The notes: a model not told the origin generated them from the letters alone. Counted from the first letter of the stretch, positions 13,913 through 27,388 are shown. The stretch is 64,000 nt of DNA from Camelus dromedarius (GCF_036321535.1 NC_087437.1:94800001-94864000); one strand, 5' to 3'. Numbers and translations: made by a program.

Positions 13913-14303
13913 TGTCTTGACTTTAAAAAACAAAAAAAGCCAGTTATTTGATAAAATATGAATTTTATCATTTTTATTGCATCATTTTTATCATATATCA
14001 TATCAAAATGAATTTATTTAGGAATAGTAGAGGAATTAGAATTTGGGACATGCAAACTATGGCAAACTATAGGCAAGTCCAAGGAAACAAGGGAAGGTCA
14101 GCTTTTATTAGATTTTAGGAGGAAATTGAGGAATGCTGTGATGGTTCTTCATTGGCTACCAGGGAGTCAGCTTGTTGGATGGATCAGAAGGAACTCTTTC
14201 TTTTTGTGAGGGTCTATAAGATTTGGTGAGTGATACATGCATGAAATAACCCATTCAGCCTTCCTGAATCAATTTTAAATGAGATTTCTTTGATTTATTT
14301 TCA
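13913..14303 (-). repeat. ERV 3' LTR
   Basis: Begins TG directly after the polypurine tract (14304-14318 on -). Shares exact 16-mer and 13-mer blocks with 16202-16297. Confidence 0.75.
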
Positions 14304-15193
14304 CTTTTCCCCCTTTTGATCAACATCTTTTCTTAAAAGAATCCCTGATCAAGAATCAGTTTATCCAATTTTAATGGAATTATGTTTTGTTCCTTGATGC
14401 CAGAGAGGAACTCTCCTGCATGTCATGTTCCCATTTTGGAGGGAAAGTACACAGTCTGGAAACCGTTGAAGCTAGGAAAGATAGGAGGAAGAACTGTCAG
14501 GCATTTCCCATCTGAAGTCTATACCTTAGCAAGGTCATAAGCCTTGGAGATTATCTCAAAGCACAGAGCTGGCATCACTCTGGGCATGTTGTTGCTACAA
14601 AGATTTGACAAGCAACAGATATAAAGCTTAAAATGATTATATAGAAGAAGATGGGAAGCAGACATTCTTCAAGCAAACGTCCCAGTCAAAAGTGGTCTTT
14701 TTTAAAAGCATGGCAAAGAGGAGTTAGCCTGTTTGTGTTCCCTTTGAGTTCAAGGGAACAGATCCTAGTTAAAAAAAGGTGAACAACCAAGATCATAGGA
14801 TTGGAACTTGTGTGGTCTTGGTTGGAGAGATGTTGAAATAAGATATGGAAAACTGGTCATAACAGCCTAAACAAACAGGTAACACCCATAGCCTTGCGAG
14901 TATAATCAACAGTGGAATTTGAGTTCAAAGAGACACATAAGACCAAGGGATCTCCAACATCATGAACAGATTGGAGCTTCTAGTGACAGATCCAACAGTC
15001 TGAAAGGTTTCCCCTTTTTTGCAGAAGTTCGGGCTAAGAAAGAGAGGGAGCAATTAAGGTCAAGGAAAGGTATACAAGCCTGGTCCAGTCATCCTGGGAA
15101 AGTTGTCTCCTTCAGCTGTCTCCTGCTTCAGTTCTTCAAAATAAAGATTTCCAGGTTATCAGTCTGAGTGCAGGTCCAGTCAGGGTTTGGTGC

Positions 15194-15885
15194 TTACTTT
15201 AAATGTGACACATGGATCTGAGAGTCTATTCCTTGGAGTTTGGTGACACAAAGGTTGATTAACAGTACCCTATAGGGCCTTTGCAACAGGATTGAAGAGA
15301 ATCTTTCTGGGGATTCTTTTCCAATAGACAAAATCTCTGGGCTACAAACTGTGATTCTTAAGGTCTTTATCTCCTGGGAATGTACTGTGTAAAGAATGTT
15401 CCAAAAAGTATGGTTATTCTCAACAGAAGCAATAAGGTTTTTGCAGTATTGTTGTATATCCCCCTTTACCAGCTGTGGATTGAAAGAATCAGGGGCCAAT
15501 TGCATTGAGAATCCTGTGATTATTTCAAAGGGTGAGAGTTTATGGGTTCCAAAAGGGGTAGACCCGAGACTTAGAAGGACAAATGGTGGTGCTTTGGGCC
15601 AGAATATTTGAAGGATCTCTACAAATTGCCAGTTGAGTCTTAATGATGCTGTTGGTGCATTTGAATAGCCCTGAAGATCAGGGGTGGTTAGCACAGTGAA
15701 AGTGTTGTAAAACTGCCCAAACAGCACAGACTTGTCAAAGCACTTGACCAGGAAAGTGAATTCCCCAGTGACTACGAATACCCAGGAAAGGATGATTTTT
15801 CTAGTAGAATTTTAGCCACAGAAGTAACAGTAGCCTGTCTGCAAGGAAAGGCTTCAGTCCAGTGAGAAAACATATAAACCATTAA
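15194..15885 (-). pseudogene. Retroviral integrase remnant (pol), with stops and frameshifts
   Basis: Hand translation across frames gives MFSHWTEAFPCRQAT..VAKILLEK, HFPGQVL*QVCAVW..LQHFHCANHP*SSG..TNSIIKTQLA, WPKAPPFVLLSLGSTPFGTHKLSPFEIITG and PYRVLLINLCVTKLQGIDSQIHVSHLK. These correspond to the integrase core and GPY/F C-terminal motifs of class I ERVs. Confidence 0.9.
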
Positions 15886-16021
15886 TGGGAATTTTAGTCT
15901 CTGGCAGGGCTGGATTATTATTTGGCCCAAGCCAGAATTCTTTTTATTGAACTAACAGTTATTAGATTTAATATCCCTTTGGACCATGACATACGTTAGT
16001 TGTTGGCTTCTTTGAGAACAA

Positions 16022-16175
16022 CATTCTTTCTGAAAATATCAGTGAATTGGTTTCCTTTAGCCTCCAGAGAATCAAGTTCGAATGCCCAGGGCCCTTGATA
16101 ATAGTCAAAGCAGCTGGCAAGAGTATGGCGTCAAGTAATTACTGGACATGAGGGCCATTTTAAATTTTGTTTCTG
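16022..16175 (-). pseudogene. Retroviral RNase H C-terminal remnant
   Basis: Translates as NGPHVQ*LLDAILLPAALTIIKGPGHS, frameshift, LDSLEAKGNQFTDI. This matches the ...GH...GNxxAD end of retroviral RNase H. Confidence 0.85.
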
Positions 16176-16201
16176 GCTGCAAGTGGTGGACAGCTCGCTG
16201 T

Positions 16202-16297
16202 GGTCTGTAAGCTGCTGTGAGTGATACATGCAAGAGAGCTCTGCTCTTCAGGGCTTTCCTACTCCTTGGTAAATGAGATTTCCTTTACTTAGTCTTA
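16202..16297 (-). repeat. ERV 5' LTR fragment (U3 start)
   Basis: Aligns to 14211-14303: GTGAGTGATACATGCA (16217-16232 vs 14226-14241) and TAAATGAGATTTC (16270-16282 vs 14276-14288). Confidence 0.8.
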
Positions 16298-16910
16298 GCT
16301 TCTATAAGTTACAAATAAGATTTAAGGTAACTGCAAAGCAGACCAGTGACGGAAACCTTCTGAAGTCATACTACATACAGTCAGCTTGAAGTTTTGCTTC
16401 ATGACTGTAAAAAGTAAGAAAAGAAAGCTTCAAATAGATTGTTTTTTCCCTGCAATGCTTGTAAGTGACAGGGGTATTTTTGAGGAGTTTTTAGCAATTC
16501 AACAGTAGAGAGGTGAAACACAAAAAGAAAAATTAAGTCAGAGCATAAGGTTCCCATCGCCAGTCTCACTCCCTCATCGGTGCAGACCGCTTGAGTTGCT
16601 TCTTACTGCTTCACAACCTTCGTAGCAGGGTGGCCGCTGAGTAAGGCAATAAGGTGTTGCAAGATTTGTGACAGTTTAAAAACTTCTGAAAACCTAGAGG
16701 ATCATCGTGACTGGATGGAGGTCACTTTATTTTTGTAAGCCACTCCTGGAGTTCTTTTCTAGAATGGGCTCAACTCTAAGAATGATATAACAAGACTAGC
16801 TTACAGCGCTTCCAAGAATGGAGAGTCACTCAAGCTGGACTTAGGGCTTTAACTAGTAGAGAGTATAGTTTTATTATATGTTTCTCCATTTTATGTTTAG
16901 CCTCTTAGAA

Positions 16911-17071
16911 CAGCAGAATCCTATAAAACTTTTCACGATGGTGGAACTGTTCTAATGTAGCTTCCAAGCACTTGAAATATAACTGGTGCAGCTAAGAAAC
17001 TAAGTTTTAAGTTTTAGTTTATTTTCATAAATTTAAATTGAAGTAGCCACATACTGCCATATCAGATAGTG
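16911..17071. mobile_element. MER3 hAT-Charlie MITE
   Basis: aacttttcacgatggtggaactgttcta...agcacttgaaatataactggtgcagctaagaaactaagtttt...tttaaattgaagtagccacat matches the recalled MER3 consensus. Confidence 0.75.
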
Positions 17072-18689
17072 TTCTTTGTTTATACAGAGGTCCTATCTTT
17101 CTCTGCCAATACCAGAAACAATGAAATTAAGCAAGCAAAAAGTGAAAATGAAAGGAAGAGTGATGGGAGAAACTTCAAAATCTGATAAAAGCTTTTTTGT
17201 TTTCCTTCTATGAGATGGGAGAGCAAACTTCTAAATAATTATTCATTGTGTCAGTGTTTGGAAAGGATTTTTAAATACTGAAATGTTGAGCCAAAAGAGT
17301 GAAAAGTTTATGTCCACTTTGATTAGTATAAAATGGACTGGGCACCTTTTCAAACAGAAGGCTGTGAAACCAGTTAGTTATGACTTCATGCAACTGTAAC
17401 CATTCACTGTCATTGGACACCAACAAAACCCATCTGCTCAGGGTTTGGGCATCAATTTATTTTATATCAGATAACAATGTGCTTTAAGACTTCTGTTAGA
17501 CCTCAATATCATTAATAGAAAAATGATCTTTGGGCTAGAACGTGAAGTCCATGCTTACATGCATCACCTGTCTTCTTCTACGCCATGACATGCTTGTGAT
17601 TCTTAAAGCAGCTACAGAGATCACCACCCACAGAGAAGGAAAGGGATCCTCGTGTCAGTATCCAGTACTAAGAAGGATTATCTTCTGTCTCTTGCAGGTT
17701 TTTCTCACTTTTTGGAGGCTGAAAAATATGAGTATTCACAATTAAAAAAAAGTAGGGGCTGGGAGGAGGGTGTGGTATCATATTCTCGCCTAAAAGAATG
17801 AGGATCCATGTGACAGAAAGGGAGCAGGCGAGAATTTGCATAGAAATAAAATCCTCAGTTCAATGTAAAAAAGAAAATGTGAATATTCATAATTTTCATG
17901 CTACCAAATACATTTTGATCAGATCTTCCTTTCTATTTGCTGGTTTTTCAGTCTTTACACAATTAACCATCTTAACCAAAATTCATACGGGTAGAAATTA
18001 CATATATGTGAGTTCTCACTGGATTTTATTCTGATTAACATACAACTTAAGTCATTTATTATCTTAGAGAATATCTGCATAAAGAAACAGATGTGTGTGG
18101 GAAGCTTCCGAGAAAAACAAAAAACTAGTTACATACATATGTATATAATAGCTCATTGATGAATGCATTAATTTACAGTGGCATTAACAAATCCATCCTA
18201 AACTTGGGGAAGAAAAGAAAAGTATATAAAGTTTTATGTGCTCTTTACTGATGTTTATTACCTGCAAATTTTTGATGCTTTGCTCTTTTGTCATGGACTG
18301 GTGTTGCTGTAAATTGTATTTTCTCATTCATAAAACATGTATTTGACAATATTAATATTAAGTACCATTATATTATAAAAACTTTTGTAAATACATTAAG
18401 ATTATACAGAACAAATTGCTTTAAAATATTTCAATTAATATGACAAGGTGAAAAATACGTATATTAAGTCACCTTCTAACAGGTAAGAGTGCTGAGTAGG
18501 CAAAATGTTACAGTGGGTAAGAGCAGAGTTTTCAGAGTTAGTTGTTATTTGTGATAGTAATAATAAAAATGAAATAACATTATTATTCAGTCAAATGTTC
18601 TGCTGAAATGGGGAGACCAACATATAATACAGAGTTTTTATTATGTAGATATTTCTATGTAGAACTCTTACCCTTATTATTTTCCCGCA

Positions 18690-18840
18690 TATAACTTAAA
18701 AAATATTTGCCTGATTTTATATACTTAATCTCCCTCTCCCCTCTAGGTGTTAGACTTCTTTAGGGCAGGAATTTGCCTGCTTTATTTACATTGCATAACT
18801 GTGTTTCTTCCAGTATTTGGCTTATGATAAATTAAAGAAA
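18690..18840 (+). mobile_element. L2 3' end fragment
   Basis: ctcccctctaggtgttagacttctttagggcagga...tttggcttatgataa resembles the L2 terminus. Confidence 0.5.
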
Positions 18841-19511
18841 AACTACAATTTGCTAAGCTTTGACCCGGATACCTCAGTAAAAATCTACTTTACCAATTTG
18901 AAAATTAAACCCTAATAATCTTTCCACAAGAAAATAGAGATGGTCATCTCTAGTCTGATGAGAAAGATAATAAAAACAGTTAGAAGTTACATTGGCTTTG
19001 CATGATTTAGAACATAATACATATTTTCTGATTTGATAATTGCAAACACTCTTATGATATAATTTCAACTTGAAATGATTTTGGGTGTTATTCCCAATAA
19101 GAAAGTCCTCATGAGTCAAAAAGTGGAGGCACTGGCATTCAAATCAAGGTATTCTAAGATCCTTTCCTCCCCATTCTCCTGTCAGTAAACCCAGAAACAA
19201 TTTCAAATAAACTTAATCAGACTAATGTAAATAAAAGTTCCTGGGAGAGCCATAAAATAAATCTTGTTTATGTTATCTTGTGATACAACTGAAATTATGA
19301 TTGTATCTCCAAAGATTGATTTTTGGAGCAGTAACAAACGTGGGTCTTTACTTATTCCAGCCCTACCTGTCAGCAAGCGGTAATGTTATTCAGTACCCTT
19401 GATCTGAAGCCTCGGAATGTTCTTAGACAACTTTAGTCAGACCTAGGTTTTCTGATTTAAGTCCTGAATCCTATCCTTGGGTTGAGAGTTATATTTTTCA
19501 AGGGTAGGGTA

Positions 19512-20700
19512 ATTATTTCAACACACCTTTCATAAGTACCTATATGCCAAGCATCATAATAAGTATGAGTATAGAATACTAGATTAAATAAAAGGCACAG
19601 TTTCTGTCTTTTGAGGACCTTAAAATCTAGTGAAGGGAAGATAATAAAAAGTTAATATTTAGGTAATAGAATGGATGAATGGGTGCCAAGAGAAAGAGAG
19701 ATGAGACAGAGAGATAATTTGTGATAAAGAAAATGAAATAATGCTTAATAAAGAGATCAGTTTATACTAGAAGAAGAAGTTCTTGAGCAATTATATATTT
19801 AAGGTGAGAAAGACTAGCCATGTGAGAGACTGGGGGAGAGGAAGATACTGTTCCACTTAGAAAGAACCACACGTACAAAGGGTATGTGCTGGGAAATAGT
19901 TGGCATAATAAATTATCCATTAATGTTGGATGGCCAGACTCTAGTGGGCTGAAAAAGCAAGGAAAATAGGTCCTGCATGTTCAAATAAAGCCATGGCACA
20001 AAGCTTGGAATAGTGTGTTATGTTTGTTGTTGTTCAATTTAAAATAATTTTTTGCTAATAGGGCATGCATAAAGGCTTAGAGGCCAGTTAAGTGTTTATA
20101 GTTGTCTGGGCAAAAGACAGTATGAGATTGGGGAGAATATATGGGTTCGAGATTGATTTTGGAGGCAGAAATGCAGTAACTTGATGACGAGCAGGATATA
20201 AGGAGTCAGAGAAGTGGAGCATTTAAAGATGATCAACAGGTTTTTGGCTTTAGTAACTGACTGGACGGTGATATAATTAGCTATTGTTTACCATGAGATC
20301 TAGAGAATGTACATTATTTGTAATGATTTACATAGGAGGGAGGAGAGGAAGGGAAAAAGAAATAAGGCAATCAAGGAGGGAGATGCTAGGACAACCAATG
20401 ATGAAGAAGATAGAGTGAAATGTCTGAAGAGCAAAGTCCTAGAGAAAGCAGGAAGAATGGAATCCACTGCACGTACGGAGGGATGGTTTTGTCATCAAAG
20501 ATACTTTGTTCTGTTATAACAGGAAGATGAAGAAATTAGAGTACATAGCTTAGTGGATTTGGTTGCAGGAGAATAAAGGTACTCTTTAATAGATAGTTTT
20601 CAACTTTGAGAAGTTGAAAACTGTGTTCTAAGCTGAGTGCAGATTAAAAGTAGCTGTAGGAAGATTGAAGAAAGAAAAAATACAAAATAGATGATATTAA
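19512..20700 (-). mobile_element. L2 LINE fragment(s)
   Basis: Reverse L2 tail (ttcaacac...agtacctatatgccaagcat...cttaaaatctagt) and internal L2 motifs (ttttggaggcagaaatgcagtaacttgatgac...aaagatgatcaacaggtttttggctttagtaactg). Confidence 0.7.
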
Positions 20701-23700
20701 AGTGTGTGGAAGCAGTTCTTTTGGAAAAAAAATGAAATAAGACTGCTCTCAATGTTGAGTGCCTATTTGAAATCCTGGATTTTAATTAAAATCAGTCACT
20801 AAAACTGTATAATCTTATTATCTTTTCTATCACCACTGGACATTTCTGGTTCAAGTTTGGACATCAAGGATGGTTAATTCCATCCAATATTAGGGGTTCT
20901 CACATCTCAAGCATCTCAGGAAGGCTGGAGAGCTGTCTGGCCTCTTTGAAATAAAATAAATGGAATTTGTAAGAGTGCACCCAATTTGGCAAAAAACTTT
21001 ATGCCTTATTATATTATATTCTGTCAATGCTTCTTTTTAACATTTATATGTGAAGTATATATAGTATATTGTTTCTTTTTATAATAAAAAGGGAAAAGGT
21101 TTTCATGTAAGATACTTTTAAAAAAGAACTATTTGTCTTTGGTTTCTAAATTAACAACTTTTAATGGTTTAAGCCATGTCAGTTCTACTTGCAAAATGTT
21201 TTCTTATCCTGTCTTATCTTCTCATTTCCCACTGATTCAATCCAAGCTCCTTCTTCCTTCATCTCTTGCCTCAAAAACTACTTTTCCAGTAAGGAGCCTT
21301 AGTTATGATAAAGAACAACCTCAAAAGTCTTAAAACAATTAAGAATTTAAAACAATGAAAGTCTATGTTTTTCTTGCACTGCATATCAAATGTAAGTCGG
21401 AAGAGTGTACATTTCAATTCCTCAAGGACACAAGTTGATTGACGTTCTAGCACCAATGCTGGGAATATTTAAATTATCTACCAAAACACCTTTCTTTTCC
21501 GTTGTTTTTTTTTTTTTCTCTGAACTTTACTTAGGTTTGGAGAAAGTCAGTGAAACTGTGGAGCTAAAGTGATGAGTCTTCAACTTCCTTATTACTTCCT
21601 AGAATGAAAAGACTTGAGTGGTTAAGAGTTATCCCTTAGAGGCAATACTTCAAAGGTCACATTACTTGATAAAGGTCAAATGAGTTACCTAGGGAATTTT
21701 ATCCATCAGGGTGTTTACATGTTTTTGTTTTGTTTTACTTTGTTTTGTTCTCTCCCAGGTCCTAGATGACCTGTCCTTTCAACCAAGAAAACATTTTGTT
21801 TAGATCTGCACAGACCCTCATAATCAGAGAAGGTCCTTATTCAATTTTGCCTCACCTGAGTACCTCAGATAAAGTACAAATTTCACATTTGTCCAGAAAG
21901 CTCTTTTCTAATCTTGAGTAAACTATAGCACTAATCTCATTAGATCCATTACAGTGTGGAACAACTCTAGGAAATAGCAGTTGATTCCTGATTATTTTCA
22001 AACTAGGTAGAAGAGCATTTCTTCTTCATTCAGTTATGTCATGATGACATTATATAGTGCTCCAACTGACATGTTGAATTCCCTTTCAGATCTGATACAT
22101 TATCCCACGTGTCTTTTACAGAAGAGGTTTGTAAATATCTTTTGCAAATAAATTAAAATGTTTAATGCTAGGACAGCCTGACCAATCGTACAAGTAACTT
22201 GGGTCAGAGAGCCAGAAAAATACATTGGGTCGGGGTTTGAGGGTGGAGATGGAAACTATTGCAAAAGAATAGATTTAATGCCATTTCCCAAGAAGATGAT
22301 CATAAAAATGCATGATGGCAGAAGAACTTGTTTCTTCTTTTACTCACAATATGTTTGAAAAATCATTATACTGAATATATGCAACCTATTTTTATGGTAC
22401 CTAGTACTATTTTGTTTTTATATCCACTAGATGTTTAGTGGTGCAAATAAAAGCAGAATAGAATGAATGCTTTAGCAGCTGTTCTACATGATATAAAAAT
22501 AGGAATCTGCAAAGAGATATTCACATTTTGATTTCCTTTGGTTTGAAATGTAGACAAATGAATAACATATACCATAGAATTTTTTATAATATAAAATATG
22601 CTATGTTCCTCAAAAGAAAGATAATCTTTAAAATCAACTGTAAGGCAAACAAATTGGTTCAATATTTACCAGGGCCTTAACTATAGGGAAAAATTCTTTA
22701 GCTATCACACATGTGTGATGTTTAAAAGCAACATAAAGGTAATTTCTGGGGAAAGGATTTACAAGTATAGTGAATAGAGTTTGCTTTCTGTTGTTTCTCA
22801 TTTCTGTGTGAGAAAATTGATACTAAACAAAGAATTGATCAGATTCATTTTTAATTTAGCAGACTATATATAAACAATTATGAATATATTTTAGTTAAAT
22901 TGTTATTTTAAAATTTGATGGTTTTTGAGATCAGACATGATGATGTGAGGCCCCAGAGACCCCAATATGCCATTTCAAGTGAAATTGTGATTGTTACTAC
23001 CAGAATTTAAAGTTCTTTTACCTTTTCATTAATACTGTTAAACACAATAGAGAAGAAAGAAGCATTGGCTTCAATCTTGCTCAGATAACAAACTCATCTG
23101 TTGGAATACTTCTGTTCTCTGATTCAAAACTGTAAGACTTTCTGTAAAACTTTTTGCAAAGACAAAAAGAAAACTGATAATATAATAACTAAATTTCCTT
23201 ATGTAAAGTTTAAGCCAAACTTAATTAAAACTTATAACAAGAAGTTTATTTTTTAAATTGTAGTTTATGCATGTCTATAAATACCAATTGAATTCCAAAT
23301 TATTAGAAAATTCATTTCTCATAAATGCTTGAGGTCCCAGATAATATACATACATAACATATAGTGCATGCATTTATATTTAATGTATATTAAAAATAAC
23401 AAACACTAGATTTTTACATATCTAATAGAATGATTCTGAGCTCTACCATAAAATACCAAGTAGAGTATTTCCAAACACATTTGAAATTGCATGCTTATGG
23501 TAAAGAAGCTGGAGTGATTTTCTATATAATTCCTAAGTATTCTTTGTATAACTAAGATTGCTTTAAATTAAATTTCAACTAAGTCAGCTGACTTTTTCAA
23601 TAAAATTGCAAGAACCTAGCTGGATAGACACAGACCTAGATATAGTTTATTTAGATATAATATAGATACAGATACAGTTATCTAAAGGTAAGTATAGTGC

Positions 23701-25294
23701 TTTACTGTATATTAAATTTTCTGTTCATTTCTTCTTACTGTGTATTTTTAACAGTTCTTTAAAACTTGATAAAGTAGTGAAAGGAGAGTAAAGTTAGATT
23801 TGTATCTGGTCTTGGAAGCCTAAAAAGTTACCTGTTTATGAAGTAAGAATTGTAAAATGCATTTTACAGTGGAAAAAAAAAATCTTCCTAAACACTTGTC
23901 TCTTATTATCTTTATCAGATTCTCCGGTATAGCAGATTATTATGCTTTATTAATAAAAGTTAAGTTCAGTACATAAAGTGACTGGGAAATTATAAACAAA
24001 TTTTGCTTTGAATATTAATGTTTAGGGCCGAGATTCAAAGTTCACAAATTCTTAGCTACACGCTTTTTTCTCTGCTATTCAAGAAACGCATTTCTATAAG
24101 ACATCACATCTTTAAAATGGCACATACTGGCATAAATATTGTTGTAAATTTGGTCATGCTGAATGCTATTTTCAAACGAATGTTTAGGTGGTAGCCTAAT
24201 GTTCTCCGCAGCCTCACCTGCAGTGGATTGTCCAGTGCTACAATATCATTTTTTAACACATACAGTCTGATGAAGGGTTCGAGTTTGGGGTCGTCGACAT
24301 TTTGAAACGGCAAACTTTGTGATTATCTGAGTTTTGTGTCTCCTGGTGGAAACAGAATATTTAAAAGATGAAACAAGAACCCAGGGAGTTGAATAATTGA
24401 ATCACAAACTGCACTTCAGGCCAAGGAAGAGATGAGTGTCCGGAAGAGAAATTCATTCTGAATCTTTCTCCCTCGATGCTGCTGTGACACCATACTCAAA
24501 ATATTAATATTGGCAGAGATAGCAGTAAATAAGACCATCAGTGTGACCTTTGGTGTTCAAAAACAAACTGAGATACATACAATATGCCTAAAGCATGTTA
24601 AGATCAAATGAGAGAAAACAGAACAAGAGATAAATTATATTATCAACTTTTCAAATGGAGAAACTAGGATAAACCTATAAATATCATATTCCCATCTTGT
24701 GTCCTAATTTCAAAATATAAATATATATTTCTTGTGTGTTTATGAATTAAAACATATTTCACATGTGTACACTATAATCTTTGAGGAGCAAATAGTTTAT
24801 GGTTGACATTAAGTGGTTAAAATAACAACAAAGATAAAAACAAAAGGATGTCAAATAGTAGGTATAAGAAGTACAGCCAGGGTGTGAAATGAGGTATGCG
24901 GTGGGAGGGAGATACCAAATTCCAAAGTCTTTCCATTTAATTTAGCCTCTGCTTGAAGTTGTTGTAGCTAAATGTTTAAATATGGCCAGCACACTTAAAG
25001 GGAGAAAAAGACACAACTTATTTGGACTGAAACACATCCCAAAGACTGAAAATCATCTAATGTTTATCTGGGATTTCAGTTATGTCTCTATTCATAAACA
25101 AAATTTTAATTTGTGTCAGAAGTTTTAACCCGAATAAGGCACAAGCCTGAATCTAGAGTGACTGCTTTCCTGCTCTGATTCCTTATTCTAATGTCATCAG
25201 TTGTGGTTTGGGAGAATGACTCTGGTTATCATTCCTAGGTGGAAAAAAAAAAAAATTGGAATATGTCATGGTGTAGCAATATCATAGAAAACCA

Positions 25295-25500
25295 CTGTTC
25301 TGATAGCAGGTCAGCCCCTGCCCTGCCAGGTGACCTTGTGGAAGCCAACTCGGTCTTTCTGGGCCTCTTTTCTTTGTTTATAAAATGAAGGCAATGTTCT
25401 CTTTTCAGCTTATTTCAAATGATCATTATGGGATCAAATGAGCAAATGGAATGTGAACAACTTGTGTGAACTGTGAGCTGCAGTAAATGAAAGGTATTAT
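25295..25500 (+). mobile_element. MIR/MIR3 SINE
   Basis: gtgaccttgtggaagcca...tctgggcctcttttctttgtttataaaatgaagg...ggatcaaatgag...aaggtattat: MIR core plus 3' tail. Confidence 0.7.
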
Positions 25501-27357
25501 CCTACGCCAGACTAACCAAAATTGGCCCAGAAGGTGGAGGGACTTCCATGATGGCGGAGCACAAACCAGGGATTCATTGCAGTCCAATTGTCAGGCTGCA
25601 CAGAGTGGCAGTTCCAGCCTATATGATTATTTCAAGATCTGCTAATTTACTCCATGCTGGCCCAGAGAGTCAACTTCAGTGTGTACCCTTGTGTTCCATT
25701 TGATATTTTTAGCAAGTGAGAAGGACTCTAAGGACTTTTTTCCCCTGAAAGTATGATAAATTCCTTCTTTCTGTGTCATGGACTGGATTTAATAGAAATC
25801 AATCATGAGTCCAAAAATCAGGTTTACACCCTACTTCATCAGTTGCCCAAATTCTCAGACTGCTAATCTAAAAACATGCTTACATCTAATTTATTTCACC
25901 TCACTTTTAGCATTCATTTATTAGTGGATTATTTTTGCCCAGGATTTAAGGGACATTATTTTAAAAGGTTTAGAACCTTAGACTTATTTTCTGGAAAGTG
26001 ATAATCTATGCGATAGGCCTCAGAATATGTCCTTTGTGAGCACATAACCTATTTATGAAAAAGATCATTTGTGCCCCCAAAGTAGCACTGTGTTTAGGTA
26101 CATTGACTGATTTAACCAGAACTGCTGAATACCATGTACCAGCTTCAGTTAAAATCAAGGACTTCAGAGGTGACAAAGACACACCCTAATTACATTTAGA
26201 AGCGCGCTACACAGTAGAAGGCACCCTTCAGTCCTGCTCTTGAGCAACCTGGAATGCTTCCTAAAAATGGGGCACTTCTGTTTTCTCTTTTAAAAATTAA
26301 GATACTGACAGCTGCTTTAACCTTCATCACAGGGGCGTCATAACAATAAAAAGTCACAGAACAGATGAGTAGATGAAAGCTACTTTTTAACTTGTAAGAC
26401 ATTTTATATGTTAAAGTCTTATTATGAGTTCCTCAAATATCTCGCTGACAGAACTTTAGATGAGTTCACAAATTTGAGTCCGAGGTCTTAATATTATTTT
26501 CTTCATTTTTATTGATTTATCTGTCTTACTAATGAAAGTCCTATCTCAGCTATCAGTGAAATGTTATCGACGTTCTTATTTCTCTACATTCCTCATTTAT
26601 TGAAGACCCACTCCTTTCAATCACATCACATAGAAACTTTATTAATTCTAACCTGTAACTCGTTCCCATTGGTTTTAATCAACTGGATTAACATGGTCAT
26701 GCTGTTCCCATTCATTATACTCTCAAGCCCTGTCTACTGAAAATGCTTCAAAATTTGAGGTTGGTAATGAACACATGTACTATGTATCTACAGGCTGTGA
26801 GGGAAGGGTGACTCTTCCTAATTAAAAAGCATTGTTTTACTTTTACACAGAGTTCCAAAAGGAAATTCAGAAAGTCATTATTTAAATGTGTGAATGGAAG
26901 AACCTCTGTTCTTAAGTGCTTTTTTTAATCATCGTGATCTATGGAATTAAAAGACAAAAGAAAAGAATGAAAATTGTATGTATGAATTGTGTACTCAGAC
27001 ATCTTTACTCAAGACAGATTATTGGTGTGCCAAACGATGCTTGCTTTGTTACAGTTTCTACCAAATTATACATTCCAAATCCTGAAAGAGCCCTTAGGCA
27101 AAACTGTATGCCTCTGTTATGTTACTGCACATGAACAGATCTTGCTGAGGAGATGGTCCAGACTTCATCCTAACCCAGCTTTGAGGCAGATGTTACCTTA
27201 CTTATGGGGAGATAATTCTCTTAATGTACTTCTTCCTGCTGTCAGTGGGGGGTTGGGGTGGGGGGATGATGAATGACTAATATTTGACATTTTGCAGTGT
27301 CTGAGCCTAAATTCTGACTACTGAAATCTCCCTTCATACACTACCACTACAAAAGAT

Positions 27358-27360
<3 letters not shown>

Positions 27361-27388
<28 letters not shown>
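27361..27388. repeat. (GT)14 microsatellite
   Basis: Directly visible. Confidence 0.97.

Larger units (their letters stand above)
13913..16297 (-). mobile_element. Internally deleted class I (gamma-like, ERV1/MER4-group-like) endogenous retrovirus
   Basis: Minus-strand order: 5' LTR fragment, RNase H remnant, integrase remnant, decayed env-side region, PPT (CAAAAGGGGGAAAAG), then a 3' LTR starting TGAAAATAAATC. The left boundary is approximate. Confidence 0.88.

Noticed and set aside
14330..15150. Co-opted env (syncytin-like) gene
   Set aside because: No long minus-strand ORF and no recognisable furin site, immunosuppressive domain or CX6CC motif; the region is short and decayed.
15194..15727. 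177-aa ORF as a functional or domesticated integrase
   Set aside because: It has a non-ATG start and drifts in and out of the integrase frame; the catalytic core lies in other frames with stops and lost D/E residues.
22041..22095. Box C (ATGATGA) to box D (CTGA) arrangement suggesting a C/D snoRNA
   Set aside because: Only about 55 nt, weak terminal stem, no clear C' box and no guide complementarity I recognise.
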